Source: Chlamydiota bacterium (GTDB lineage Bacteria > Chlamydiota > Chlamydiia > Chlamydiales > SM23-39). From it: a DNA stretch of 7,410 nt. The notes under the pieces are model-generated. The model did not search any database, was not told where the DNA came from, and saw only the letters and a list, made by a program, of their open reading frames with translations. The stretch covers positions 1 to 7,410 of the forward strand of contig JBCAXK010000059.1 in NCBI GenBank assembly GCA_038534095.1, in the 5' to 3' direction. Shown here one piece after another: positions 7,098 through 7,410 of the stretch (the stretch's first letter is position 1; every line of letters begins with the position of its first letter). The position numbers and the translations under genes were made by a program.

Positions 7098-7126
7098 ATT
7101 ACACCACACACTTTCCTTTTTTTCAA
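7098..7126 (-). promoter_or_regulatory. Putative sigma70-type promoter of the aminotransferase-citrate synthase operon
   Basis: Minus strand TTGAAA (7126-7121), 17-nt spacer, TGTAAT (7103-7098), with a TGn extended -10, 20 nt upstream of ATG 7077. Confidence 0.6.
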
Positions 7127-7189
7127 GAAATTTAAAATCACAATGTTGTATCCTGTTCAGAAACAGAGAAAAATGAGATATAAGAAGTC

Positions 7190-7410
7190 ATGCGCTTTAG
7201 CTTGGTGGTGTCTATTTTACTATCACTCCATTTGCATGCTTTTGCTTTGTCCCTATCTTCTTCAATCCAAAAGAGCCTTCCGCTTGAAGAGTACGTGGAA
7301 CTGCATCCGTTTCTGCATCTCTCATTTGAACAAGCTAACCAAGCGATTGGCTGTCAACCTTTATTCATTGATGTCTCTCAGCAATTGGTCAATGAAATTT
7401 TTTCCATTTT
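7190..7410 (+). CDS. 5' part of a hypothetical exported protein (runs off the right edge)
   Basis: Open frame from ATG 7190: MRFSLVVSILLSLHLHAFA|LSLSSSIQKSLPLEEYVELHPF... It has a basic N-terminus, hydrophobic core and AFA cleavage motif typical of a Sec/SPase I signal peptide, and no stop before the window end. Confidence 0.6.
   Translation, partial: MRFSLVVSILLSLHLHAFALSLSSSIQKSLPLEEYVELHPFLHLSFEQANQAIGCQPLFIDVSQQLVNEIFSI

Noticed and set aside
1..7410. Mobile elements, CRISPR arrays, tRNA/rRNA genes, and a firm taxonomic assignment
   Set aside because: No transposase, integrase, repeat-spacer array or structural RNA seen. The sequence style is reminiscent of environmental Chlamydiae, but no marker gene here supports that call.

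Overview
AT-rich bacterial window with two convergent gene blocks. Plus strand (152-4960): a tightly packed three-gene operon behind a sigma70-type promoter. It encodes (i) an 859-aa dikinase-family protein (ATP-grasp + phospho-His swivel + a C-terminal domain that is not the PEP-synthase barrel but ends like the substrate domain of rifampicin-phosphotransferase-type kinases), (ii) a PEP mutase with the EDKxxxxxNS signature of C-P bond formation, and (iii) a divergent Gfo/Idh/MocA-type NAD(P) oxidoreductase. Minus strand (4978-7077): a class IV PLP aminotransferase resembling D-amino-acid transaminases and a citrate-synthase-fold protein whose active-site GHR motif reads GQR with a loop insertion. 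No phosphonopyruvate decarboxylase is present in the window, so this looks like a phosphonate biosynthetic locus with a gene combination I do not recognise from characterised pathways. A perfect 14-bp hairpin that buries an AGGAGG ribosome-binding site lies at the left edge, and the 5' part of a probably exported protein lies at the right edge. All family calls come from motif recognition by eye; no searches were run.
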